64,000 nt of DNA, from NCBI GenBank assembly GCA_951406725.2, contig OX597817.1:46252001-46316000 (forward strand), read 5' to 3'. Source of the stretch: Octopus vulgaris. Taxonomy: Eukaryota. Positions 41,153 to 55,740 of this stretch are shown here, one piece after another. Under the pieces are notes generated by a model. It did no database searches. It was not told the DNA's origin and was given only the letters and a program-made list of their open reading frames with translations. Made by a program: the position numbers and the translations under genes. Each line of letters opens with the position of its first letter. Position 1 is the stretch's first letter.

Positions 41153-42045
41153 CAGGGTGTCTACAAGAAATCTGAGACATATATTGTCTTCGTATTTAGC
41201 CAAAATTATACACTACCAATAGCTAGACTCGTTCTTTTTTCAATAAATGCTATATATGTTGGTGAACAGTCCACGACATTGGAAAGCTTAAAACTACAGA
41301 TGCAGTCGAAAACCATTAGCTGATATTGGAGACTTGAAGCCATATGAATATTCGAAAAGCGTTACCTTTATCATTATGATACGCGCCGGGTATCAAAATA
41401 GTGATATCTTAAATGCTGCTCAATGTTCTGTGAACACTGTAATTTGTAACATGGACGTCTGCAACGGAGACCACGAAATCGTGGCCAACAAGAACGCACA
41501 CAACAGGCGTTCTTACTGCGAGAGATCCATATCCACATACATGTTTGAATAGAGCCTCAGACTGAATTTACGCGGGTACGTGGAGCAAATGGTGACTTGC
41601 GAAACCTGGTCTGAAGAGTAAGGCTGCTGGGAGGCCATATATTGTAGCAAGATTCGCCTCGTTGCTACACTTCCGGCAAGAGTCAGAAGTGGTTGTAGAA
41701 GAATTTCTACGACTCCACCATCTCCAATTGCTGACCTACAGACAACAATGAGATTGATAAAAATAGCATCCCCTCTGCCTAAAGTTCCAAGACCGAGCCG
41801 GTGGCCAAAATCAAAGATGAGTTCGAAATTAACAGTGGCACAGTTAGGAACGCGTGCTCATGTTCCGGAGTCATGTTGTGGCAACGTTGCAAATTCAGGG
41901 CGGCTATTTGAGTACACCGTTTTCTCCCAAATATAACCTAGTTCGCGGTTTTTGATTATTTTCAATACATTTATTTTATATTGAATGGGATTGGGTGTTT
42001 TCATTTGCTTTTATGCAAACAGTCAAATTCAGCAGGGACACCCAG
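41153..42045 (+). mobile_element. Degenerate Tc1/mariner (DD37D-like) relic
   Basis: Ends CAGGGTGTC / GACACCCAG. Traces of PY.QQDS.....SQKWL..NF motifs at 41630-41730 and a GGYFE-like end near 41900. Confidence 0.45.
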
Positions 42046-42247
42046 TAAGCACACGTACAAATACAATATGTGTGTAAGTATGTGTGTGTTAGAGTGTGTG
42101 TATGTATTTTTATGCATATATGTATGTAAATAAATATATGTATGTATGTAGTTATATACCTATGAAAATATACATAGGCATATATATATATATATTTTTA
42201 TACGTATATATTTTTTACTTATATAGGTTTATATGTATCTAAACATT

Positions 42248-42376
<129 letters not shown>

Positions 42377-43521
42377 GTATATATATAAATATATATATAT
42401 ATGTATATATATACATATATATATATACATATACACTTGTGTGGGAGAAAGAGAGAGAAATTGTACTATGTATGTATGTTTGCAAGCATGTTTGTGTGTA
42501 TAATATGTCTGTCTGTCTGTATGTATGTATGTTTGTATGTATGTATGTATGTTTGTATGTATGTATGTATGTTTGTATGTATGTATGTATGTATGTATGT
42601 ATGTATGTATGTATGTATGTATGTATGTTTGTGTGTATGTATGTTTGTATGTATGTATGTGTGTATGTATGTATCACTGCAGGCAACCAAACGTTAAAAT
42701 ATCAATTTGACCACCAGCACCTGCATACCCCGCGCACTTTTCCCATAAGCTAAATTACTCGAAAACATTAAAAAAAAAAACCTCTACTAATGTACATAGA
42801 CTTTGTTTCCCGCTCCCAAGCCAAACCCATGTAAATGTCCAATAATGTTTTGTACAAATAACAAATATTATGCGCCAGTGAATCACATTTTCACAAACAA
42901 ACTAATATGACTGCTCTCCTCCTACAGCTCCACACCTATTCACGCTTAAAGAAAGCCATCTAACGGGAAAATTAATTTCATCTACAGCTATCGTCATATA
43001 GTACTAATCATCAAAATAGACATATTTGCTTATCGAATGAACGAGCATGCACAGAGAAGAACACACGCGTGCGAGCGCCAGCAAGCTCGCAGTCACACAA
43101 ATTTCCTCAATCGGAACAAAACTGAAATCAAAAGGCATAAATTACGAATGAATCTTCGAAGTAGTGCACGCACATGACAGACATATGCATAAGTTTCACA
43201 TTTGTGAGTGAAATATTTGAACTGACACGTCAAATAATCGTGCTAGGAATGAAACTACAAGCCACTGTATGTATTTATATATTGCCGATACTTGGCAATA
43301 AAATTCATCTACAACTGTTTAGAGTTCTTTCCCTTGCTCGCTGAAAGTCAAAATTTATACAAAACTTATACTTCTGTGAATGTATTATATATGCGTATGT
43401 GTGTGCGTGCGTATATATACATATATATATATATACATATATATACATGCGTGTGTGTGCATGTGCTTGTGTATATATAGAGAGAAAGAGAGATATAGAT
43501 ATACACACATCCATATATACG

Positions 43522-43575
<54 letters not shown>

Positions 43576-44837
43576 GGACACAGAGAAAGATATTACAGTT
43601 CCGATATAGGTAGGATTAGCAAAAAATATTTCATCTAGTGATCCAGTGAGAGATATATATTAATATGCACAATTTATAAAAGATTTCCTTATAATTTCAT
43701 GCTTTGGAGATACAATAAACTAGCAGATTTACGTAGCAGACCACGTAATCTCCAAGCAATCTTTCGGACTCAGTCATACCGTTAGAGGTGTGAATAAGCC
43801 TTGACGTTCGTGCATGCGAAAACGTGAGTAAAAAACAAAAAAAAAAAGAGAAAAGAAACGAGAAAATTTTTGATGCTAAAAGTGAAACGAGACCAAAGGA
43901 AAGTAAGAAAACAAAGCTTTTCATCTTTTTCATCTGTAGAAATCATAACTAATCTTGCTGGTCCAAACTCTAGCAGTAACACGCCAAAGTCTGTCATTCG
44001 CTTGTTAATCTGAAGAGGTTTTGCTATTTTCTCTTTCCTTCCTTCTCGTTTCATTCTTTGCACCAATCTTCGTGTCTTTTTTTCCCATTTTTTTGTCTTC
44101 TTTTCTCGTAAACCAATGTTCTGATTTTTAAATGTATCTAACGATATGCGCTGAACTTAGCGCCACACAACATACGATAAAGTGGAAAATAGTCGAAAAC
44201 TCTATCCAAACCATAAAAAATGTGAACGATGCGGAGCTGAAAGAACTCAGATCCTTTTCATATCTAAGAATTCTCAGCGGTTGTAGGCATATGGAAAATG
44301 TCACCCTCTCCGGATTGAATAATTGTACCAAGATTCTAACACACCATCTTTTCAGCATCATATTTTAAAGTCTAAGGAGAAATAACTTTAAACTCATCAA
44401 CACCAATTTGCCTCTTTCTGTTTTCTTTTTCGTTTTTCAGTTTTTCAACCTTCCACCTTTTATAATTACTTATTTCTCGCGTTTTTTCTCATCCTATCGT
44501 CCCATTTTTAGTTCGGTATATATACTATAAGGGCAGTGCTTGATTATTGTCCTAAGACACCAGACATGTTAAATAAAGCTGTCTCGCATGTTCTAAACTT
44601 ATGAAACTAATTGTATCACATGCATATAACTGGTGTTTATTAAATAATCATTCTATGCTGATTGGTGATACAGTATGGGCAGATGTTCGAAATCCAATGA
44701 ATCTTTATACATTTATACAGTTAGAAAATTTTACAAATACACTTTTTCAAGGAGACCTGATAAACCTATTATAATGGATAATACTACATGTACTATTTTT
44801 ATTTTTTATATTGTGATGTAATCTTTGGACCAACAAT

Positions 44838-44928
44838 GGTTCCGGCTGAAGAAAGCTTTAAACCATCTTTTATATCAATAATACACTGATATACTAACTG
44901 ATATAATAAAGCTTGAAACGCGTGAACT
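44838..44928 (+). ncRNA. Degenerate hammerhead-like motif with long loop 2
   Basis: CTGAAGA-AAGCTTT...AAAGCTT-GAAA-CGCG-T, with palindromic ACGCGT. The cleavage site and helix I appear damaged. Confidence 0.45.
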
Positions 44929-45349
44929 GCGATATCCTTTGTGTTCTGTTTTTAATTTATATTTGATATATACCATCTCACCTCTGCAAATATCTGGCAT
45001 ATACAGGTGCTTACACTTATCAAGTATTCACTCTAAATTTACAGTACCTACTTGATATATATATATATATATATATTGTTGACGACCAGCCTTCGAACAT
45101 TTCTATCGTGAAGTGTTCTTCAACTCAACACTTACATTCTAATATCTGTAGCATTATGTATGCTTCAAGATCCAGTAATGCAAACAAAGAAATATGCATA
45201 TACATATACACACAGATAGATACCCACCCACACAAGGATAGATAGATAAATAGGTGAATAGATACATGGATAGATTAGCAGAAAGATATATTTTTATATA
45301 TGTAAATATATATATATATATGTAGATAGATCGATAGATCGATAGATAT

Positions 45350-45428
<79 letters not shown>

Positions 45429-47281
45429 TATAGATAGATAAATAGATATATAGATAGATAGATAGGTAGACTGACAGTCAGAAGACAGACAGACGGACAG
45501 ACAAGCATAAAGACAAACAAACATATACGTACATAATACATACATATATACATGCATGCATGCACACATTAATATATACATAAATAAATGCATACTTATT
45601 TTCATACATGTGCATATGTGTATGGGAATGCATACATATATATTCGTAAAGCTATGCATAGATTTTATATATGCATAGGAATTAGAAAATTGTCACTTGA
45701 AATATGGACGTTAACCAACAATCTTATGGAATATATTGACAAAGATAATGAGGAAGTTAATTGCAACACAACTGTTTTGTCTTCGAATTCGATTATATCT
45801 CATATAGTTATTATATTAAAATCGAAGATGCATAATACCTGCATAACACATGTTTTTTTCTGAAGAAATATTGTACAATATATCATTTAGTGGTAGGAAT
45901 ATACGGATTTTAGAAATACTGCTGTGGAATTTGACATTAAGATGTTTTAATAATACAAAGATTACAAAATAATGGAATAACTAGACAGAAGTTATATATA
46001 TTTAAGCATAAGCTAGTTATTTTAAAAAGAAGCCAACATGAAGAGATGTGTGAGAGAAAATTACTTTAGATGTTAAATAGGAAGATTTATGTTGAGAATC
46101 AAACCATTTCATGAAAGTCTCGTTTCTTTTGTGGAATATTTCTAATACAGAAATTTGGGTAGGGTAACTTGAAAGTAAATGATTATGTAAGGAACATTAC
46201 ATCACGAAAATGGTATTAGTAGCAAATCTTTACTTCTTAAAAACAGTATACGTGGAGTGGAAAAGTTCATGAAGATTATATAAGAATCTAAAACTCACTA
46301 TTGCATTGTACATACTGAATAGTATAATAGTATAAATCACATGTTTGAAGATATTAAAAAACTATAGAATTCTTAACAATTAATTATCTATCACGCTAAG
46401 AATGCAAGAGAAAATATCTCGAATAGTTACATGAAGATTGACGAGGTATGAAAAGTGAGAAAATTATCGTTTAGAATGTTGAATGATGGTTCTGAATAAA
46501 AAATGTTCCTTCATATTACTAAGCATCCACTTCTAAACTTCTGTGGTACACTTACCTTTTCTTTCATTTTGTGCTAGGGCTAGAGGAACGAACAGCGTGT
46601 ATGGCCTTTGCAGGCTCTTTAAGACCAATGAGATTGACACTGTTATCATTGTATTTCGGTTCTTACAGGTCCACCCTCGCATGAAATTTATGACTGGGCC
46701 ATACATAACTTTGGTGGAGAAAGATGCTTCATCCGCAACACAACACCTTTCGTCATAGCCACTAGAGAGATAATCACCGCCTGCTCTATATTGTTAAAGA
46801 CAGCTGGTGAGGTGACCTTCATAATGGATTCGGCTGATGGCCAGATTTTTCTCATACACGATAACAGCTATCCGACATAACTCCACAAGTAACGCTCGGA
46901 CGCTGCACGAATTCGTGCAGTACAGTTTCTTAGCTGTGCACACACCTTAGAAGTCCCGTCCGTCTCGCAGCGCTTCCGTGCTTGTAGGGCTTAATTCGAG
47001 CTGGAAGTTTTCCTGAGAAGCATTGAGACTTAAAGAATAAAGAGACTTAAGGAAAGTTTCCATGATAGTCCGATCTCGATATTCCTCCGAAATAGGCTAG
47101 CTAATTCATACTCGTCGACGCCTAAAATTTCCCTGCGATGGTCACCATTCTTATCCACAACTATATTTCTTTGTACAGCTAACGTAGAACTTACACTAAC
47201 CGTATTGCCCTGATATTTGGGGGAAGTGAGCACCTCATGACATTCCAGATGCTAAATAAAAATACAACATCAATAATAATA

Positions 47282-47820
47282 ATGCCCTGATGCAGTACCA
47301 GACACTGGCCCTCGTGACTTCTGATCTTAACTGACTGGAAGTGCTATCATGTACATTGTTTTGTCTTGTCATAAAAGATGGGCTACAGTAAATATTCTGC
47401 TCAATACCACAGATTTACTTGCCAGTTGCTTCACCTTAACCAGTTGGACATGTCCTTTAGTGGCTGATGATACGTGCATCTCTGAACACGAGCAGAAGTA
47501 GTGGGAGGGGACATCATATCCATGTGTTGCGAGGAATGAATTCTTCGGGAAACATTTTTAATCGAAAACTTATTTAGGGACCTTTTGAGCAGGATGAGCT
47601 GCTCAACCAGAAGAAAATTCTAAATGGGCCCCACCTGCAAGGTCATGCACTGTTTATCTTGATATGAGATCATCGTGTCACACACATATGGTTGTGATGC
47701 ATGCATGTACCCTTATCAGACGGGTAGTCATGATGGGTATATTGGGCTTCGTATATTTGTACTCCAGTTTCACTTTCATGGCATGCGCTGCTCTTTCACT
47801 TAATAATAAAGATAATAATA
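47282..47820. repeat. Unclassified interspersed repeat bounded by (AAT)n
   Basis: Higher-GC block flanked on both sides by AATAATAAT tracts; no ORF recognised. Confidence 0.35.
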
Positions 47821-48954
47821 ACAATCGTACCAAATTTCGGCACAAGGCTAACAGATAGAAGCGAAAACGATAGACGATATCATTATTCCCACAACTTACT
47901 TAATACTTCAATTCAACGAGCCCGAATCGAAATTTGATTCGGTGGATTTGAAATCATACAATTGAAGTATAGCCATAATTTTTTGAGGGGAGAAATTTGA
48001 CCGATTATATTAACACTTGTTAACTGGTACTTCTTTTTTTATCCCAGGATGACGACAGGTCAAGTTCGTCTGGCGTGGATTTGAACTCAGAATGCGAAGG
48101 GGTGGACACAGAGCAATGCATTTTCTCTGAAACTTTAACGATTCGGCCACTCCATTAATTAAACTTATTTATGCCAATTGTTTTGTTTTGGTAATCTGAC
48201 GCATCCTGACTAGCACAGGTGAATCAAGACACAAAATTACTGAAAAGCCAAAGGAGGAGATCTCAGCTCTTCTGAGAGTTAGTACGATCTTTTCTGACCA
48301 AAATATCGTCTGGAAAGTTGTCGATAAATTATTATTATTATACAAGAGCCATGATGTGTGAACCTCAGATATAGTGCATTAAACTACAAAGAGTACTTAT
48401 AATAATTAGACAATTAAGTATGATGAATTATAAATTAAACAGAGCCGGACAAAAATTGTAACATACAGTACGAGTATGAGATATTTTCGCTCAGGCATTT
48501 TGATGTCGCTGTATTGCGGCTGATGTTTCAGTACACCTCTTACATTAACGTTTCTCTTTTCTCTCTCTCCCTCTCCCTCTCCCTCTCTCTCTCTATCTTT
48601 CACACTGTCCCTCTCTCCTGCCCTCTTTCTCTGCTTATATATGTGAGCATAATTCTCTTTATGTGTACAAGGAGAGGGCATATATTTATGGTAGTCGTTA
48701 TCAATTGATAATTGGTATTATACCTCCCTGTCTCTGACTTTATCAGTATGCACACATTTCTGTGCTTGCGCCCGTGCGAGTGTGTATGTTTATTTGCCTC
48801 CAGCGCCAAAAAGTACTGTTGCCAACACACGTTCAATACTCAGTCAACTGTTCCGTATATTCAGCGGTCAAACAGCCGTGTCCAGTCGTCCCATTTCAAT
48901 ACAATGCAACTCTACACCAGTCCAAATAGGACACAAAGCACACACACACACACA

Positions 48955-48998
<44 letters not shown>

Positions 48999-49282
48999 TA
49001 CATACATACATACATACATACATACATACATACATACATACATACATACATAGGTTTGGTGATGCAAACGCAAAATCATACTCAAAATATTTGTATATCT
49101 ATTTTTTTTTAATATCAAGCAGAAATGTTGATAAATATTAATCTTAGATAACTGCTAACGTATGAACCTCTCGGTCTCTGGCTCACTTTGTTACCTCTGC
49201 TAAATTTTAATTCGTACATACATATATATATGTGTTTGTGTGTGTATGTGTGTGTGTGTGTGTGTGTATGTGTGTGTGTGTG

Positions 49283-49715
49283 TAATGAAAAAACAGAGAG
49301 AATAAGAAAAGGAAAAAACAAAGATGAAGACGTAGGATAAGCAATGTATTAACATGACACTCGGTCTCCGAGGAAGAGAGTTGTTGTTTTACGTTTCGAG
49401 TATAGCTCTTCGTCGGGAAGAGGAAGAACAGGAAAGTCCAAAGGGAAAGAAGGAAGGAGGGAAAACCGCCAGCAGTCCTCTTTCGGTTACAGTCTGACAC
49501 ACACACACATACACACACACACACACATACATACACACATACATATATAAACGAAATTTGTTCTCTCCTTGTTTCTCGCCATGTTTTCTTTTCCCTTCTG
49601 AAGAAGAGCATAGGCTCGAAAAGTAAAAGACTTTTTCTATTCCTAAGCGTTATACTAATATATCTGTTTGTTTTGTACACTACTTGTCTTCGTCTTTTGT
49701 TTTTTCGTAAACTCT

Positions 49716-49720
<5 letters not shown>
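49283..49720. mobile_element. Two divergently oriented Penelope-type pseudo-LTR fragments with minimal hammerhead cores (49390-49416 minus; 49598-49625 plus)
   Basis: CCGACGA-A-GAG ctata CTC-GAAA-CG-TA and CTGAAGA-A-GAGC atag GCTC-GAAA-AG-TA. The plus copy ends ACTCTCCC(TA)n, as does 61230-61414. Confidence 0.6.
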
Positions 49721-49769
<49 letters not shown>

Positions 49770-49771
<2 letters not shown>

Positions 49772-50169
49772 TTTACTCTTTTACTTGTTTCAGTCATTTG
49801 ACTGCGGCCATGCTGGAGCACCGCCTTTAGTCGAGCAAATCGACCCCGGGACTTATTCTTTGTAAGCCCAGTACTTATTCTATCGGTCTCTTTTGCCGAA
49901 CCGCTAGGTTACGGGGACGTAAACACACCAGCATCGGTTGTCAAGCAATGCTAGGGGGACAAACTCAGACACACAAACATATACACACACACTTATATAT
50001 ATGTACATATATATACGACATGCTTCTTTCAGTTTCCGTCTACCAAATCCACTCACAAGGCATTGGTCGGCCCGGGGCTATAGCAGAAGACACTTGCCCA
50101 AGATGCCATGCAGTGGGACTGAACTCGGAACCATGTGGTTGGTTAGCAAGCTACTTACCACACAGCCAT
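49770..50169 (-). mobile_element. tRNA-derived SINE family 1
   Basis: Reverse complement colinear with 36403-36956. Confidence 0.88.
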
Positions 50170-50693
50170 ATATATATACATACATATATACATATATACA
50201 TATACAGACGTTCTTGATCACAGTTTCCATAGCACATATCCTAAACAAAGGAACGAATCGCTACACAAGAAACAGCAAAAACAAACATCACAGATAAACA
50301 ACACATACAACTGCAAACACTCTTATCAATGTTACGTGCATGCACACACACACACACAGACACAGAGACACACACACACACATACACACACACACATACA
50401 CACACATGTCAGTCAGACAATATAGCGCCTGGTAGTTTAGTAGAAGTTCGTGTATGAAACTGGTGGAGACATAACGATGACATTTCCTCATTAATCATCG
50501 TAAAATATTTGAACTTATTCCTTTTGCGTTTGTCAACTTCGATTAACTGTGGCTCTCTCAGTAGTTATAGAGTGTGTGTGTGGGGGGAGTAAACGAATGA
50601 GTTTTATTATAGGTGCGGGTTCTTTCAGAATGTTGGGTGCACAGATTCGTTCAAATAGCGACACTGTTATAGGACCTATAAGAAACGTTAAAA

Positions 50694-50854
50694 CACAGAC
50701 ACGGCTGTGTGGTAAATCGTTTGCTTCCCTAACACATGGTCTCGGGTTCAGTCCTACTGCGTGGCAAATTGGGCAAATGTCTTCTTTTGTAGCTTCGTGC
50801 CGACCAAAGCTTTGTGAAAGGATTTGGAAGATGGAAATTGTAAGAAGTCCGTCG

Positions 50855-50894
<40 letters not shown>

Positions 50895-51180
50895 CGTGTG
50901 TGCGTGCGTGTGTGTGTGCGTGTGTGTGTGCGTGCGTGTTTGTGTATTTGCGTGCACGTATGTCTTTGTATTTGTTTCTCCCCACCTCCACCATTTTGCA
51001 ACCGGCGTTGGTGTGTTTACATCTCCGTATCATAGCTGCACCTGCAAGAAGAAACCGATAGAATAAGTAGCAGGCGTAGATAAATAATTACAGGGATCGA
51101 TTCTTTTGATCAGCATTCTTCAAGGTGGTGCTCCAGCATGGCCCGTGTAATGACTGCAACAAGTAAAATATGAAAAATAA
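50694..51180 (+). mobile_element. tRNA-derived SINE family 1 (older copy)
   Basis: GGCTGTGTGGTAA head, GGTTCAGTCC, internal microsatellite, tail GGTGGTGCTCCAGCATGGCC...TGACTGCAACAAG. Confidence 0.8.
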
Positions 51181-54100
51181 ATCCGAATACATGCAAAAGA
51201 GAATATTCTTCTTTGTTAACAGTGTGTGAAAATTGCTTGTAACACACGCACAAGGCCATTTGAGAGAAGGAAGCTGTCAATAACATCAGCCTCAGGACTT
51301 GAGAATGTACTGAAATTTATAAGACCCGGCATATCACAGTGTTATATCGCAATACTCGGATGACCTCTACTCAATTCTGCTCTTCTTCTCTTCTGTATTC
51401 CGACTGCTACCCAGCTGTGCTCCTGACGTCTAGGCTTCTCCCTCTATATATACGTATTGGGCTAGCCTACTTCACCGCTAGGGGGCGTCCACATAACACA
51501 CAGACAGTTGACGTCATCATGATTTGAACTCAGAGTGAGTATAAAGCGATGCATTTTCTCTGACACTTTAGCTGTTCTACCAGCCTCCACAGTTGGCATT
51601 CAACGACATTTTAGACATAGGAGAGATAAAACGCAAAACGGATCCGAAGGTTCTTTGAATCTTTGGTACAACATCAAAGAAGAAAATTCCAATTTAATTT
51701 TCCATTAGGTTTTCAGAAAAACAGTAACTGATGCGTAGCACCTTTATTCGCAATTGTTGATAATTTCTATGTTGAATTAACATAACGGGAAGAAAAAATG
51801 TTTTAAACGTACTCAAAAACAAACAGACAAAAACAAGATGTCGGATTACTCATCGTCATTTTTGCTTCGTGTTTAAATTTTTCAATAATTATACATAACA
51901 AACAATTGTTTATTATGTATGCCATATAATTAATTCCTTAAATGATTTCCATTTTTCTTCCATTCTTCCTCAACATCATAAAATTTTGTTTATGTTTGTT
52001 TTCATTGTTTTGTTTCATTTTTTAGAAATTTTGTTCATCATTTTACTTTTTAATTATTAATTCAGCATTGTCTTTTAGGTTCAGAATATTTTGTTTAACA
52101 TTTATTCATTGGTATTGGATATATTTGTTTATTTATTTTCGCAGGAATTTCGGCACCACGTTTGAGATAAAAAAACAACAACAATATAACATATTATAGA
52201 GAATATTAAACCTTCTGGAGAAAACATCAATTTTACAAATTAATGCATCTATAATGTTTGTAATTAACATTTAACTATGACAAATATAACCATATCCGTG
52301 TTACAACACATCAAATGCTACTATAACAATATTGAGCTGTACGTTTATTAAACAGCAGCCATTTTAACTACATCGTCGTCAGAAGCAACACATACGAAAC
52401 CGCTTAATAAGACAACGCTGTTGCGTAAAGTGATACAGTTTGATAACACAACACTATTGATAGTGAAAATGACACAATTTCCGTTGTGATATTCAATCTT
52501 GTTAGTCAACATTGCAAAGATAACATACTTGATGGAATGTAGAAAAGAAATATTCAAAGCTCTTCTCGCTGTCTTTATCTATATAATTCCCTTCTTAGCT
52601 TGTTCTCCAACTGTTACATTGTCCCTCTTTAATCAATAATATTACTGGTGAAATTATCTATAGATTCCTTGGAGTTATTTCCCTTTTTCTCAGCGAATCT
52701 CCGTCAATTACAGCAAGATTTTGCTTACGTATTTCTAATTAAAGGAAGAATTTCAGGGGAAAATATTTTGTACACGTTTAATATACTCTTTAATTCATTT
52801 TACCGCTTTTCTGGTATCTCCTTTAGAATTATTTTTTATAATTTCATTTATGCAACAAACATAATAATCATAAACAGTAATAAATACAACCCATTTTCTA
52901 AACATAAAACGCGTTATACGTAAGCATCACGTAACTGCAAGCTTTATTATATTGACAAAGTTAAACACCGTGATATATTGCCACAGCCTTTTATTTATAC
53001 ATATCTGCAACTTAGATCGATCTATCTTTCCCATATAAATTTGAGTTAGAAATTTGATTCACCTTTGCATGAAATTATTCCGCTTTAATCAGGGAGACAC
53101 TAAAAGATATACGAATAACACATCAGTCCTTTTTATAGGCGTGTCTTTGTGTCTTACCACATGCCATTCTTCAAGTCCGTTTACTGGCTGGAACTACGTC
53201 ATATCTATAATAACTTGACCTGACAACGAACGGTGTGTAGATCGAGAGACTGAAACTATTTTTCTTTAGGCTGTAATTACATATTCTTCGGATAAAGCCA
53301 TCACCTCAATGGCCCATCTCCTGCAATGGCTCATCTAGTTAAGGTTGAACTGATCTGGGAATTCAAGTAGCACTGTTTACAACAAATAAACTAAAGTCTT
53401 TAGACGTTCTTACAAAACCTAAGCCCATGTTCAACAATTTCAAAGGAGGAAAGATATCATTTGAGAGATTGTTATTTCCACCATTTGCATGTTACTACCA
53501 ACACCACACTGACCCGTTCTTATAGCAATATATCCAACTCCTTGTTAAAAAAATATCATGTAACTTAAGCTATATACGACGTAAGAGACCTCCATTATTT
53601 AAATGGTAAAACACGTTTTCAGTTACTAATGTATTAGCCAAAACAGCAGCGTAGCTGTTCATAGACTATAGTAAGTCAAAGCTATCATTTGTGGTTGTAT
53701 TGGTGAACAGGTTTGGGGATTTTATTCAATATCTCAGAGTCGTATTTAAAGAAATATATATATATGGTGTATATGCACTTCTAAAAATAATCATTAATGT
53801 AAGTATTGTGAACTTGCTCTCAACGGAAATCAAAATTTGATCAATAAGTTTGTTTGCCAGGAGCTTTTTTCTGCCCTATTGCATTCTATAAATAATAATA
53901 TTTAATCGGCCAGGAAACTGAATTAAACACACAAGAGCGCACAGGAACACTCACACAAACATGCCACACAAACACAGAGACGCACATTTTCATTCTGAAA
54001 CACATGCATACATGCGTGTGTATGTGTGCGTGTGTGTACGCGTGGTGCAAACTTACACGCTTCTTAATTTGGGCCAAACGGAATCCGATGTAATATCTGC

Positions 54101-54190
54101 TTTTCACATTAAATTTCGCCATTCATTCTACTTGCACAAGGTATAAAATACGAGATATGGTCTTTTGAAAGCAACAGTTATACTTATATG

Positions 54191-54456
54191 TCTCTCTTTA
54201 CTCTCTTTTACTCTTTTACTTGTTTCAGTCATTTGACTGTGGCCTTGCTGGAGCACCGCCTTTAGTCGAGCAAATCGACCCCCAGGACTTATTCCTTGTA
54301 AGCCTAGTACTTATTCTATCGGTCTCTTTTGCCGAACCGCTATGCTACGGGGACGTAAAACACACCAGCATCGGTTGTCAAGTGATGCTGGGGGACCAAC
54401 ACAGACACACAAATATACAGACGCGTACGCACACACACACATACACAAATACACAA

Positions 54457-54549
<93 letters not shown>

Positions 54550-54710
54550 CGGGCTTCTTTCAGTTTCCGTCTATCAAATTCACTCACAAGGTTTTGGTCG
54601 GCCCGAGGCTATAGTAGAAGACACTTGCCCAAAGTGCCACGAAGTTGGACTGAACCCGCAACCATGTGGTTCGTAAGCAATCTACTTACTACATAGCCAC
54701 TCCTACACCT
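54191..54710 (-). mobile_element. tRNA-derived SINE family 1
   Basis: Colinear with 49770-50169. Confidence 0.88.
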
Positions 54711-54788
54711 AATAACGCGTGTGGAGAGGAGTATATGTGTGTTCATGCATGCGTGCATGTGTACAGACGTGCGTTCATACGTGCATAC

Positions 54789-54820
<32 letters not shown>

Positions 54821-54869
54821 GAGTACGTGTATGCGTGTGTGTGTGTGTGAATGCGTGTATGCATTTGAC

Positions 54870-55740
54870 AGAAGCGTCGAAGACAAACCAAGGTCAGAAG
54901 ATCTTCTGAGAAGGACGATGAAGTTTTGCTTGAAATGTCTGAACATCAGCCAAACCTCAAACTCTCGTACATTGTCAGCAGAAATTTGTCGTTGACAAAG
55001 TACCATCAATCGACAACTACATAAGCTCGGCGTTGTAAAGAGATGATGTCGAGAAACTCGCTATGAACTGACCCATGTCCAGGCTCAATAACTTGCGAAC
55101 ATTTGCAAACAACTGCTAGCAAATCCTAGAGATGCCCGTTTTTGGATTCGAGATGTAAGTGGAATGAAATGTGGATCTATTACTTTAATTCTGATAGAGA
55201 AATCAGTGGATTCGTTCTGATGTGACTTCACCACATATCAGACAAGATTTGAACAGATCTTGTTCTGTATTTGGAAGAATTTCGACCGGTTGTTGCACTT
55301 TGAGCTTCTCCCTGATGATGGTCAACCTGTGAACGCTTAACCACGATGCACAATTATAACGTGTCCGTGATTCTTTGAAATTCCACTACGCAGCATTGGT
55401 CAATCGAAGACGCGTACTCCTTCGTAAGAAAATGCCGCAGCAGGTACTGCCAACGTAACGAATCTTAAACTTCAGGAGTTTGAGGAATTTGAGGGCCTGG
55501 AATTGTTGCCTCACCATGCCTACAGTCCACATCTTGCACTATAAGATTTAAACATTTTCTGAGTCATGGCTCATTTCCTGCCCAGGCAGAGGTTCAACAA
55601 TATCGTTGAGTTTAAAAACGGGATGTTGGAAGTTTTTACTTCCAAACCCGACAAGTGTCATGAAAATGGAATCGAGCATCTCGCACAACGATAGCAACAG
55701 AAAGTAAAACAGGTTGAGATATATTTTGATGAATAAAATA
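54870..55740 (+). pseudogene. Mariner (DD34D-type) transposase relic
   Basis: VEDKPRS, LLPHHAYSPHLAL*D (a YSPDLAPSD-like motif) and YFDE* at the end; many frameshifts. Confidence 0.75.
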
